The notes under the pieces are model-generated. The model saw only the letters and a program-made list of their open reading frames with translations, searched no databases and was not told the DNA's origin. DNA of 63,823 nucleotides, the filler included, from Phoronis australis (taxonomy: Eukaryota; Animalia; Phoronida): assembly GCA_002633005.1 (NCBI GenBank). It is 8 parts of 8 records of this genome, joined end to end, with 100 filler letters (N's around TTAATTAATTAA, not from the genome) between each part and the next. Parts side by side here need not be neighbours in the genome. Positions count along the whole stretch, not along the records: positions 1 to 14,782 come from NMRA01001435.1; 7 more parts are not named here. One strand, written 5' to 3'. The translations under genes were made by a program, and so were the position numbers. Numbering within the stretch: the stretch's first letter is position 1; every line of letters begins with the position of its first letter. Below are positions 1 to 12,911 of this stretch, in pieces.

Positions 1-304
1 GATGAAACCGTTGACAAAGAAGCAGTACTGACAGCTCTGGGAATGCAATACGAAGACTATTATATAATTAAAAATTGACAAACAATTACTTGAACAATTG
101 GCAGCAAATGAAAATTTCACAACAGAATGAGTCAATAAAGATGAGCGATGAATTGTAGTACAAATCCAATATCGTGAATTTGTAAATCCTCACTACTTCG
201 CTTTTCAGAAATTTAGTTGTTAGTTGCTTTAGGCCTTGAAGTTTGCCAAAACACTGAAAAAATCTAAAAGTTCCATTTACAGGGGTAGGATCAAGATTAG
301 ACAA

Positions 305-470
305 GAGGAGTCATTGTGGTCTGGTGGGATAAGTGCCCGCTTCCTTTATTCAAGGTCGTGGGTTCGAGCCCCACTCTAGCGCACTGCTAGATCCTTGAGT
401 CAGGTCTCTAACTCGGTTTCAATTATAAATCAATAAAGTATAAAATGGTTTCAGGCGATCAGTGCAATGG
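305..470 (+). mobile_element. tRNA-derived SINE (5' part)
   Basis: Pol III A-box-like TGGTCTGGTGG and B-box GGTTCGAGCCC at tRNA spacing, followed by TCCTTGAGTCAGGTCTCTAAC resembling the post-tRNA SINE core. No intact cloverleaf or acceptor stem. Confidence 0.7.
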
Positions 471-788
471 GCAGACTTGAGTTGAATGGACTTAAGCCAT
501 TGTTTCACTCTGAGAAAAAACGCAGCCTCGCATTCGCATAAACAGGTCTTCCACGGTCGTAGCTATGGCCTTTGGTAAAAGAGGCCCATCATCTTGATAA
601 CTATGCATGCGACGTCAGTAATGTAATGTAGGGCAATGATTGGTTCACCATTGAACATACAGAGTCAATCAGTGCATTTGCTGACAGGAAGTGAATTAAT
701 AGGATGCAGGAATCTTGTATTCTAATTTAACCAGGGACTACTTACAAACATAACACCCCCTTTACGTATAACTGGGTGATGAGACAGA

Positions 789-3700
789 CTAACTGACCTG
801 TGCATAAGCGGGTGCGTTATACTGCGGTGCTGCCCCCTGAGGGTAAGCTGTTGTCGCCGATGTGGTGGTGGCAGGTGGCATCACAGTTACGGTAGCACCG
901 TACACAGGCTGTCCAGTGACAACCACTGTGCGACGGTTATAGTAGCGGCGACGGCAGAAGAATCCGCAGATGGACAAGAAAAGAATGACAAAAAACCAGA
1001 TGAGCCAGAACCCTGCAAAAGAAATAAAGTCGCTCCTCAATACAACGCACATCAATGGAACGTTTGAATTTGTGTATTATACCGACACTTTATTGTAGCC
1101 AGGGTGGAGTTATTTATAGGTCAACCACACCTGCACACCTTAGATGACTTCAGTCAAAAACCCTCTTGATCCACATGCCTTTATCAACACTCATTTTTGC
1201 ACTATGTGCTGGTTATATGTTATGTTTCATGTCCCAATGTAACAGATACTCATTATATCTAGCCTATGTTAACACAGGCACTGATGCTGCTTTCTTGAAG
1301 CAGAAGAATTAGTGTGGTCATGAAGAGCTCTAACAGAACTCTCACCTCAAACTGTATAGTAACACCTATGTGGAAACTGAACATTCTCGTCTGTGGTAAG
1401 ACTAACAAAGCACTAGCTGCTGTCTCTGGGCCGAGANTTTAAACTCTATATAAATCAAGCATGAAACTGGTTCCACCTGGGCAGCTTGCGCGCGTCTGGT
1501 ATATCGTATACCAGAACACCTGCCATTATATTTTTTCAAATAAGTGGAGAGTTACCATAATACAGGTCAGGTAATATAGAATCAGATACGTAAGTCATAA
1601 CAACACTTACACCACCACGTGTACCAGTAGGATGTAGTGCAGCAAGTATTGTTCACTACGTCGCAACAGTAAGTATTTCCTGAAACGAAGAGCAGATACA
1701 ACTGTACCAACTGGTGCAGATTATGTCAAAGGTCACAGAAAGACAGACAAAACACTTGGATTTCCCCATCAAGACAGTTGAGCACAAGCAGATTTCCCCT
1801 GACACAACAGGCTGCCCGTGTTGACACGGAATGAGGAGTTTGCAAGAGTACAGATAATCTCAGTTTAATTGTATTTGAACACCACAATTTCTGAGCTTGC
1901 TAAAAAGTTTGGAAGGTCAGCTATTCAAGCAGTTAATGTTCAGAAATTTGAGAAAGGTCATCAGCCATTGAGACTGAAGTGTGTTCGGAGATGGAAAAGG
2001 GCACTATGGGCAACATTTATCTCCCAATAATTATTGTCGTCCAAATGCTGGACGTGAGTGAAATAACCAGCCATTCTTCAAAATCAAAGGGTGTGCAAGG
2101 CCAGTAAGATACTGATCAATTTTAAAATTTAAAAAATTGGTCACCAAACGCAATGGTCTCAGCAGGGACACAGGGCACATGAGTCACTATATAGCTAATT
2201 TTCATCTCCATTCCCATTGTCCATTTCCACAGTACCATTCACATGTGCTCTGTTGGCAATAGTCACTTACAGGGGTACCAATTCTAAGAACCAAATTAAT
2301 TTAAAGTCTGAAATTCAGATTCCATTTGCACCGAAATCTCCAAAACCGATTCTCAAAATGCAGGACCCTATGAATGTGGAACCCAGTAACCGACTATTAA
2401 TTTGTTAACAGCAAAAATGTTTACAATTATAGATTGGCTTAGCCACATTCCTAACATTCCTATTAATGATCCTTCCTTCTTTTTCCTCTAGGAAGGCTAC
2501 TCTATACGACAAACTTTACTTTGGCACAGCCACAGCATCGAGGAATTTCAATACTTTTGGCATGTACTGTATATTTTTTCTGGTGCATTTTGTAATTGAC
2601 TTAACTGTCATTAAGAAATATTTTAGAAAAGTTTGGGCATTTACAGGAATGCTAGAAAGAAACGGAACATTGCATTTCGCCCTATTAATAGATGGCTATA
2701 AAACAGAATCAAATTTTGCCTTTTACTCTCAGTCTCATAATACACTTTGCCATGATAACATAATTATAAGATTCCATTTGCACCGCCATCTCCAATCACA
2801 GGCAATATGAACATGTGCCATGTGTACATGTGGCATTTTTGAATAAGTCAACTTCAACAGAAGCAATTTCTTGAGTCGTTGGTTTTAATGTCGGCAACAA
2901 AAATAGATTCCTATCAAGAAACACAGCCTTAACAATTAGTACCAACTCAGCACAGGTCATGATTTTAGCTTGACATCAGGCAGTTAAAACACAGCAGACT
3001 GCAGGTCTGCTACTTTTTAGCAGACCAGCAGCAGAATGTGCACAAAGTCAACTGCGCTGCCGACTTTTGAATTTTTTCTGCAATAATGAAACACTGCCAC
3101 AGCATGTGGACGGTGATGAATTATTTGTTTCAGATTTCCCGTCCAAGTGACGACCACATTAAGGACCAAGCTAGGGACACCTAACTGAGTATTGCTTGTC
3201 AGGTCCTAGTCGGCTAAATGACCCGCATTCGATGGACAGTTGCTGACTCGTGGCAGACCTGTCCAGCAACAGAATGATGTGTACTAGTACAGCTATGAAT
3301 GTGGTATTCTCTCGTGTGACGTCATGCGGTGCTGTCGTTGTTAGTCTCTGTGTGTGTGTTTTTATGGTGAGTCTGAATATTAGTCACATGACTCTGGGCA
3401 CCATTTTGAATGCTCTCTTCAGTGCTAGACCTCTGGTCTGTAAAGACATATGTTCCGAGTGTCCTGGCTGAGGTCAAATTGAATGTAATGGACGTGAGGT
3501 CTGACAGCTCTAAGTACGGTAAGTTTATCTCCTGAACTACCTGCTTGCAGGCCGCGTTCAATCACTATAGATGCATGACCTGTGCTAGTCATCAAAGAAC
3601 CTAAATCAACCAAAGCTCCCAGACAATTTCTAAACAGCCAAAACAGACGATAATGCAACCAAGGCACTCCATCCTTTGATTTGGGGGCTGAATATTGGCC

Positions 3701-3936
3701 TCATTGACCTATGAAAAATATTCAAAAATCATGCTCAATTCAGGCCCCCAAATTAACATCCTACCTGTATGAGGTTGGACTCACTTATAACGCAAAATAT
3801 TAAGTGGTCACCCGAAGAAGATCAAGAAATTGACATCTCAACCAAAAATCTGCCCTCTCAGAAGGGCACTAGCAACCTAGTTCTTACCATAACAATATAG
3901 TGGATTAAGATGATCATCATACCCGCAAGACGACAT
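789..3936 (-). CDS. VOPP1/WBP1-like small Cys-rich single-pass membrane protein; exons 3936-3888, 1679-1611, 1012-~789
   Basis: Three exons with AG/GT sites joined in phase 1: MSSCGYDDHLNPLYCYG-NTYCCDVVNNTCCTTSYWYTWW-WFWLIWFFVILFLSICGFFCRRRYY...PQGAAPQYNAPAYAQ. The C-CC-CC ectodomain, W-rich TM helix, basic stop-transfer and Pro/Tyr tail fit the WBP1/VOPP1/Shisa-like family. The last exon may splice on at CAG|GTCAGT (~798). Confidence 0.8.
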
Positions 3937-4777
3937 CCTCTCAATCCTGAAAATAGTATAATCTGTAATTTAACAAAACAACCTGAAGTGAAACATAGAC
4001 AATGACCCAGATACATCATTGATGAAAATACTGCAGTATATAAAATCTAGGACCCATGTGATTACTGGGTCCTAGTTGAAACCATTGGTGTATGTTACCT
4101 CATAAAGAAACTACAGTAAAACCAATGCCCGACAAAGATAACACCTGATAATCAGGGAAAGTTCCAAGAATTCTTTTGGCATTTTTCATGAGGCAAATTA
4201 TGTTATATAATTGTATTTTGGCATCATTTCGATTTAGACATCGTATTACTTAACTTCCACTTGCTGTTTACTTCTAACACTTGCAAAATAGCACAGGAAG
4301 GTATCAGGTAAAATTTGCAAGATTTGCGTCCCTTGTACTTTTTATTCGTAAACATCGTGATTTCACCAAACTTCCTCAAATGACTGGTATGAGAAAATCG
4401 AGCAAACCGCGACGGAGTTTCATCGATTTGTTCAAATTATCTTGAATGAATCGTCTCCAGAATTATGGTACGTTGATTTTAGCTCCACGTGCACATATGC
4501 ATATTTCGTTTAATTTTATTTCCTGTAAGGCTGTACTATCGCCCCTGTATCATGCCTGCGGCATCCAGGGCGATGACGATTCAGTATTGCCCAACCGTAC
4601 GTAGACAAGGAAATTTTCTACCGAGACGGGCAAAGCGGAAACTGGCTAAACAATAGTAAAACCCCTAAAGGCCTGCTCAGTACAGTTTCATAGTCAAAAT
4701 CTTAAGAGGTCTTTCGAACTCAACAAAACAAATTGACAGTAAAGTACATGAAGTCGGACAACTACTTCAGGACTTAC

Positions 4778-4860
4778 CAATTAATTGCGAAATCAAACCA
4801 CTCTGTTTATGACCCACGGACAGAATGTCACGTGACAGTTTTTACTGTCACACAGTGACA
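4778..4860 (-). other. probable non-coding first exon of the VOPP1/WBP1-like gene
   Basis: Strong donor TTG|GTAAGT at 4777 upstream of the ATG exon, whose acceptor TTTTCAG is at 3947. Adjacent DNA is CpG-richer. The 5' boundary is a guess. Confidence 0.4.
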
Positions 4861-6228
4861 TCTGCCGACCATTAACAGCCTTTCCATGAGAACTGAGTCT
4901 TCGCCTGGGGAACTGACCCGGCACTCCGGAGCCGAGGGACACTTAGTGTGTTAGTGGCCGGGTACTCGCTTGGGCAAGGGAACATTTTGCGACTCAAAAA
5001 TAGTAGTTTTGTCAGGGGCTCACTTGGACTGCTCACGCAGCCTCGTCCCAAGTGGGTCTATGACGGAAGAACGGGGCAACCTGCGACTACGGCTAGTTTC
5101 CGATCCTCATCCGATTGCCGGAACTTTTCTTCCACTGCCGGCCGGACTAGCTCGTAGAAAATTTTCATACATTTTAATAATTTCACGCTAGGGTTTGCTT
5201 GGCTAACCGGTTACGACGGCTTCCGAGCGGAGACGTGCTGATCAATAGATTATCGGAATTTTTATGTAGGCATATCATGATAGTATGGACTTTCATAATA
5301 GACTCGAAGTCAATTACAAACCCCAACTGCAGGCACGAAATTGTAGTGGAGGTTCCAACCGTCAGTCAAAGTACCCCGGCTCCGCCGCTGGTTTCCTGCG
5401 TGCCACTAGGTACGTAGGGAACCAGCGAGAGTACCACGGTCATGGTATATTCGGAAAGTAAAAGACGTAGAATTTCATTTTCATTGACTGTGTTTTATCA
5501 ATCTGCCATTAATTCAGTGGCTCATCTGAGCATCGTTTTGAAGGAAGGCCATTATAGCAACTGACAAATCCTAATTCTCTTCGTTTGATAAGACTGTCGC
5601 CGGCCGGGGCTTGAAATGTTCAAGATGAAGTTTCAAAAACGCTATTACAGTTTGTCGAGCGGAGTGTCGTTTCGTTAAGTAACGTTTTATACAACTTGTG
5701 ATTTTTTTATGAAAACGATAAAATTCCTGACAACCCCTCATGTAAAAGTGGAATGTTTTAAAAACAATTCTTAACAAACTTTTAGAGAACAAGAGCGGCT
5801 CATAGCAAAAGAATTCACGTTCAGTGAGTTTTTGATTTAATTTGTAGTCCAGGCAATTAATATATATATAAGTGATCGCGGCAATGCTATTTTGTTTAAT
5901 AAGATTATAAGACATTCAATTGACGATGAAGGTAAGTCGATAACATGTACAACAGAATTAATTACTACTGTGGACATACGGTACAAATGCCGACGAACCA
6001 GATTTTTATGAAAGAGCCTGGGCAGGTTTCATTATAGGTGCGTATGATTGACGGGTTAAAGCTGGGACTGTTTACGGATCTGTCAATAATACCAGAGAAA
6101 ATTTGTCAACCAAATGAAAATTGCTTGGTTGACCCTGTGAAAAAGCAGGAACTTATTAAATGGAAACGTCTCCGTCTGAATGGGGGGACATTATCCGACT
6201 CCGGTTTTAGGGACGAACATGGTAATTA

Positions 6229-9200
6229 TCATGATTATTGTTGGATGAGATAGACACTCTTGAAGTTATCAGCCTTGACGGATAAAACAACGAAATGCGT
6301 TCTTTCGTGATTTTGTTACAGATCTTTTCGTTGTGTGCCAGACGTTACCTGAAATCAATGACTCTGCCAGTTAAAATATGCTTAAAATACTATGCCATCG
6401 ATCGAGCACGTCTGTATTTAACAGTCCTACAGCAGAGCGACGGCGACGGGGGCCGGTGTCACACTGGCAGATTCCGCGGGGAACCGGGCTGCTCTCACTT
6501 TTCTCGCAATCAGCGAACTCAGTGAAATTAGATTAAAATCAAAATCAGGTGACGGCTTTGTGGCTTAATCAGTACTCGTCGCACTATCTTTGCCCCTCTC
6601 GATTGGAGCAACATATTCAACGGGCAACTTGGAGAAGTAGCCTACAACTGAAAGACACTCCGTTGCATTAGAGCTTATAAGGATTTTCTCATAATCAGTG
6701 CCCTCTTTCAGCCACTTCCTGGAATTGTAGAAATCGATCGCGCTATTTGCATGGCCGCCGGCGCCGGGACACCAAAACACCGCAGAGAAGAGTAGTCCCG
6801 CACAACGTTCAGTTTCAGTTCCTATATAGGGTTCCGAGAGAAAAGAAGACATTGGGATCTACCGTCACTGTATAGTAAGCTTTCCACGAAGTGGTGTCCT
6901 TATGGAATCGGTTTGCTAAAGGTGGGAAAACAACCGAATTTGGAAACATAATTTGTGAAAGCAGCTCCTTTTTTAAATTTTACTGACAAATTTTACCATA
7001 AAAGCGGCGCTTAGTTAAGAATTACATGACAGCGCGTTGGAAATTTGCATTAAGGGGCAGGCACAAGTATTAGCAATTACTTCGATCCCCGTACATCACA
7101 AAACTACCTAAACAGAGCCTCAAAATAAACTAAAATGACTTTACTGGCTGCAAGGTCTTGTTTAAATTCACGTGTTTTAATCGTCGGGCTTTGGATGCAA
7201 CCGTACCAAAAACCAATTCTTATGGCCATCACTTATAATCACTCTAACGAGTTCTGTAGCAGACGTAGTGAGTCGAGCAATCCTGTCATGGCTCTGATAG
7301 AATCCCTGGAAACTACCGTGACTTTCGGGAGTGGTAGGGCCTACTACAGTGCCGGATTGATGGTTTCATCGGCGGGACGCCGCCAGGTTCGAGTCAGCTG
7401 CCCTCGGAAGTCACTCAGTACCCTTGCTTGTCTCCACGACGTTTCGCCGAGCTAGCCTGCCCCAGACTCCAGCTCATGCAGTCACCGACCACAATTGCAC
7501 CCGGGCGACGCCACAGTGGCGGTCGACACAACACGCTAGTGGAAGAACCACCAGTAAAGCTTTCACCGCGCCAGCTATCCCTTTAATTGCAGCCATAAGT
7601 TTTAATCTACGCCGGACAATACTCCCATGGGCACCTTGTACAAGGAGTGGCGACCCTATTTTGTGTTCGTGGGCAAACACTGTGGCTATTCATGTGAACA
7701 CGGCACCATAATCGGGGTGTGCGATTCAGTGACCGAAGTTCCTAAATTATGGCTACAATCCTCGAATTCAGTCCCGGACCAGCAAATACCCGAAGACCAC
7801 TGTCCCTGAACTATAGTGTACATGTATATCATGTACATTCACAGCTTAAACTGCTCCACTTATCAACCCGGAGACCGAACTATGGCCCCTTTGGCCGTTA
7901 GCAAATAGTAAAAGTGGCACCAGAATACATTTTGACATTTATCATGTTGCGGCTAATCGTGGGCTTGTACTTTTGGGTGTGTGTGTACGTGAGGGGGATT
8001 GGGAGCACAGACATATCACAAAATGGAAAATACCACTCCCTTATTGTATCCTAAAACAGCCACTGACACCCAGTGCATAATGAGCCTGGTTTGAACCAAT
8101 AACAGCCCACCATTTCTAATGAGCCTGGTTTGAACCAATAACAGCCCACCATTTCTAATGAGCCTGGTTTGAACCAATAAAAGCCCACCATTTCTAATGA
8201 GCCTAGTTTGAACCAATAACAGCCCACCATTTCTTATGAAGATCATGAGATGATTTTATAAACAAAGTGGCCTAAATCAAAAGCTGGTTTTTGACAGAAG
8301 GCACAGGTTTATTGTCCCCTTAACCTTATAGAGTGAAGGCAACTTTAACAGTCTTATTGTGCAGAAGTCAANCATGATTATTGTTGGATGAGATAGACAC
8401 TCTTGAAGTTATCAGCCTTGACGGATAAAACAACGAAATACGTTCTTTCGTGATTTTGTTACAGATCTTTTCGTTGTGTGCCAGACGTTACCTGAAATCA
8501 ATGACTCTACCAGTTAAAATGTGCTTAAAATACTATGCCATCGATCGAGCACGTCTGTATTTAACAGTCCTACAGCAGAGCGACGGCGACGGGGGCCGGT
8601 GTCACACTGCGGGCAGATTCCGCGGGGAACCGGGCTGCTCTCACTTTTCTCGCAACTATAGTGTCAGCGAACTCAGTGAAATTAGATTAAAATCAAAATC
8701 AGGTGACGGCTATCTTTGCCCCTCTCGATTGGAGCAACATATTCAACGGGCAACTTGGAGAAGTAGCCTACAATTGAAAGACACTCCGTTGCATTAGAGC
8801 TTATAAGGATTTTCTCAAAATCAGTGCCCTCTTTCAGCCACTTCCTGGAATTGTAGAAATCGATCGCGCTATTTGCATGGCCGCCGGCGCCGGGGCACCA
8901 AAACACCGCAGAGAAGATCGAGTAGTCCCACAACGTTCAGTTTCAGTTCCTATATAGGGTTCCGAGAGAAAAGGAGACATTGGGATCTACCGTCACTATA
9001 TAGTAAGCCTTATGGAATCGGTTTGCTAAAGGTGGGAAAACAACCGAATTTGGAAACGTAATTTGTGAAAGCAGCTATTTTTTAAATTTTACTGACAAAT
9101 TTTACCGTAAAAGCGGCGCTTAGTTACGAATTACATGACAGCGCGTTGGAAATTTGCATTAAGGGGCACAAGTATTAGCAATTAGGCCTACTTCGATCCC

Positions 9201-10228
9201 AGTACAGCACAAAACTACCTAAACAGAGCCTCAAAATAAACTAAAATGACTTTACTGGCTGCAAGGTCTTGTTTAAATTCACGTGTTTTAATCGTCGGGC
9301 TTTGGATGCAACCGTAGCAGAAACTAATTCGATCAGTTCCTAGTGGCCAGCACTTATGATCACTCTAAGGAGTTCTATAGCAGACGTAGTGAGTCGAGCA
9401 ATCCTGTCAATGGCTCTGAAGATCCCTGGAAACTACCGTGACTTTGGAGGGGTAGGGCCTACTACAGTGCCGGATTGATAGTTTCACCGGCGGGACGCCG
9501 CCAGGTTCGAGTGAGCTGCCCTCGGAAGTCACTCAGTACCCTTGCTTGTCTCCACGACGTTTCGCCGAACTAGCCTGCCCCAGACTCCGGCTCGTGTAGT
9601 CACCACAATTGCACCGACGCCACAGTGGCAGTCGACACAACATGCTAGTGGAAGGACCACCAGTAAAGCTTTCACCGCGCCAGATATCCCTTTAATTGCA
9701 GCCATAAGTTTTAATCTCCGCCGGACAATACTCCATGGGCCCCCTTGTACAAGGAGTGGCGACCCNACCCTTGCTTGTCTCCACGACGTTTCGCCGAACT
9801 AGCCTGCCCCAGACTCCGGCTCGTGTAGTCACCACAATTGCACCGACGCCACAGTGGCAGTCGACACAACATGCTAGTGGAAGGACCACCAGTAAAGCTT
9901 TCACCGCGCCAGATATCCCTTTAATTGCAGCCATAAGTTTTAATCTCCGCCGGACAATACTCCATGGGCCCCCTTGTACAAGGAGTGGCGACCCTATTTT
10001 GTGTTCGTGGGCAAACGCTGTGGCTATTCATGTGAACACGGCACTATAATCGGAGTGTTCGATTCAGTGACCGAAGTTCCTAAATTATGGCTACAATCCT
10101 CGAATTCATTAGTCCCGGACCAGCAAATACCAAAGACACTGTCCCTGAACTATAGTGTACATGCATCATGTACATTCACAGCTTAAACTCTAGTGCTCCA
10201 CTTATCAACCCGGAGACCGAACTATGGC
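6229..10228. repeat. diverged duplication (6229-7886 vs 8373-10228) across a single-N join, probably two haplotypes
   Basis: Near-identical ~1.65 kb copies with SNPs and small indels; N at 8372. A further ~229-bp direct duplicate is joined by N at 9766. Confidence 0.8.
8078..8237. repeat. 39-bp minisatellite x4 inside an interspersed element (7888-8371)
   Basis: Unit TAATGAGCCTGGTTTGAACCAATAACAGCCCACCATTTC. The same element and the start of the array recur at 14526-14782. Confidence 0.9.
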
Positions 10229-10740
10229 CATTGGCCTGCGGAACAAATTTGTTGTCAACGCAAACCTGCGTGAGGATACATCGCCGGCAAGTTACGGTGA
10301 TTGCCCGATTGCCAGGGCTCAGAATCTCACAGCCGGAATGTTAGCGGCGGTGTTTTAAGCCATTTCATGCGCCTTCCAATCAATATCATTCATTTTTTTA
10401 CTTGGTAGGCCTGCATAGTTGTTTCTGGCATTTTGTAAGGTGTTTATACTTTGATTCCTCTTCACCGTAAGAATAACATTTCATTTAAGGCTCTTACAAC
10501 GATGAGCCTGGCCACAGTAATTTGGCTATAGTTTTAATGGCAGGTGTAGCAGGAAAGTTTAAGATGCTCATCCATTTAGAGAGTCGACTTGAAAACCGGG
10601 ACCAGCTTGTGCTAGGGGCCTTCCGTGAGGCCTTTCGCAGCTTTCTCAAATCTCGCGAGCCACCGGTGGAAAAGTGCGAGACATGCCCGAGCTGAGACGG
10701 GATACAGAACTTGGTTTATTTCTGTCTGGGGCTCGCGCAA

Positions 10741-11382
10741 CTAGGATAAGATTTAACCAATAAAAAAAGAAGTTGCCTGCAAGATACATGCACTCATATG
10801 GAATTTGAAAGTCTTCATTAGGCCTATGAGGAGTTACGAGGCTTAATATTTTGCGTGTGGGACTAATTCCAGAAGCAGTTTTTGTATTAAATTTAACAAC
10901 AACTTTGAATTTGAAAGTATGCAAGAAAAATCCAATCACTGGGGGGATTGTTTTGCTACCAGACATTCATATTGCCGCAAAGAAGTTTAAATTTACAGTA
11001 ATAACTCTGTATGGTCCTAATAATGGCGACCCACTGAAAATTGACAATTTTTATGGAGTCCCTAGGATAAGATTTAACCAGTAAAAAAAGAAGTTGCCTG
11101 CAAGATACATGCACTCATATGGAATTTGAAAGTCTTCATTAGGCCTATGAGGAGTTACGAAGCTTAATATTTTGCGTGTGGGACTAATTCCAGAAGCAGT
11201 TTTTGCATTAAATTTAACAACAACTTTGAATTTGAAAGTATGCAAGAAAAATCCAATCACTGGGGGGATTGTTTTGCTACCAGACATTCATATTGCCGCA
11301 AAGAAGTTTAAATTTACAATAATAACTCTGTATGGTCCTAATAATGGCGACCCACTGAAAATTGACAATTTTTATGGAGTCC
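10741..11382. repeat. 321-bp tandem duplication within the L1/Tx1 endonuclease relic
   Basis: 10741-11061 repeated at 11062-11382 with a few substitutions; no N at the junction. Confidence 0.9.
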
Positions 11383-12662
11383 CTGTCGGGAATTGACATT
11401 GATTTCATTATCATTTGCTGTGGTTGGAATGCAGTCCAAGATCATATCAAAGTCATCCACGTGTATGTACGCATCAACAGCCCTCAATGAACTTAGGCGA
11501 GGTTAGAAGTTTGTTTCACAATTTAACCTTACGGACACTTGGAGACAGAATAATTTAAATAAAAAATATTTAGGCTACTTTGGAAAACCCTAGTGCATGT
11601 TTAGAATTTTTCCTTTTGTCTAAAGAGTTGATAAACATCTTGGAATATTCCAAGATTGCACCTGGATACACCACCGGCCATTCTTCTATTTAACTTTCTA
11701 TTAGGTTATCGAATTTTACCCTGTAGTCCGGGGTGGAGTTCAGTAACGCTAGACCTACGATAGGACCTCCCTAAAATCTAGCCAAAGTCACGTGTTTTCA
11801 TTCGAAATACTTGGTAATATCTCAAGTAATCTCGCAAAGTCCGGTTTTTAGCGAGGTAGGCCTACCAGCGTTATTGAACTCTGTCCGGCAATCTTCGGAA
11901 TTGGAACTCTGTACAAATTTATGCGAAGTGTGTTGCATTCGAGAAAAAAAAAAGTTATTTTTGAAACTAAGAAAGAGCACACAGCACTTCCTTACAATGA
12001 ACAGTCAATAGATGATATTGCAATGACGACTTGTACCTCAAAACTGATGGCTTTTATTATTATTATTGTTTTTATAAGTATTTCTTTTGTAAAATACGGT
12101 GTGGAACTATTCAGTTTAGCAAAAACGAAAGAGGGAGAAAGTTTTAGCCTAAAATTTGGGAATGAAAATTAGTATTTTATTTATAATAACTGAAAAGACA
12201 CAATCCTCCGCTTTGTTTGGAACAGCTGACCTCCGAATTGACTACTTTGCGTGAAGAGCCTACATGTGTATGAGAGGTGCCATTATAAGAACTCGTGCTA
12301 AATGGATTGACCAAGCAAAAAAATCAACAGAATATTTAAGTAATTTAGAAAAAAAGAAACACCGTCAACAAAAGTATTACGAAAGTAGTCCTCAATATAA
12401 ATGATCTTACAGGTCAGAAGGTGTTGCTGTCATTTGGCTCTCTGTGTTCCGATAACTTTGAAATTGGTCGTGGGTGCCGACAGAGGGGATCCGATTTCGT
12501 CATGCTGGGATTTGTTTATCATGTTGTGGTGATTTTGGGTATCTTGTTTAAGCAAAACCTTGGAATTAAAGGGAAAACTGTGGGCACCAGATCTCATAGA
12601 ATGATGCAATATGCCGATGGTGGCGCTGTTATACTCGGTGATTCTAGTAAATCTCTAAAAAG

Positions 12663-12911
12663 CATGCGCGTACCCAGCCTTCGATATGGGGGGCTCGAAT
12701 TCCCGGCGTTGTGAACCATTTGCTAACAAAAGAGCGGGCGGACTAAAAAAAAGAGGGAGCACCTCTGTGAATTGCGAATTTGCGCTTATTTAATGGACTT
12801 TTGTCCCGTTTTCTCGGACTTTTTGTCTCTCGGGGGCGGACCTTTTTGCCCACTTCGCCAATTGTGGGGGGCTCATTCGAGCTCCCTGAGTCCCCCCTGG
12901 GTGTGCGCATG
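12663..12911. mobile_element. MITE with 15-bp TIRs and 5-bp TSD inserted in the LINE RT
   Basis: CATGCGCGTACCCAG ... CTGGGTGTGCGCATG (13/15 match), flanked by AAAAG on both sides. Removing it restores the RT reading KSLKSTLNLL. Confidence 0.75.

Noticed and set aside
305-380. tRNA gene
   Set aside because: A/B boxes are present but the stems are broken and a SINE-like body follows.
8078-8237. 39-bp repeats as a CRISPR array, and ORF 8016-8246
   Set aside because: Contiguous units with no unique spacers, no cas genes and a eukaryotic context; the ORF is a translation of the repeat.
9538-9993. 229-bp tandem duplication, and likewise 49228-50412
   Set aside because: Copies meet exactly at single N characters, typical of unmerged contig overlaps or haplotypes.
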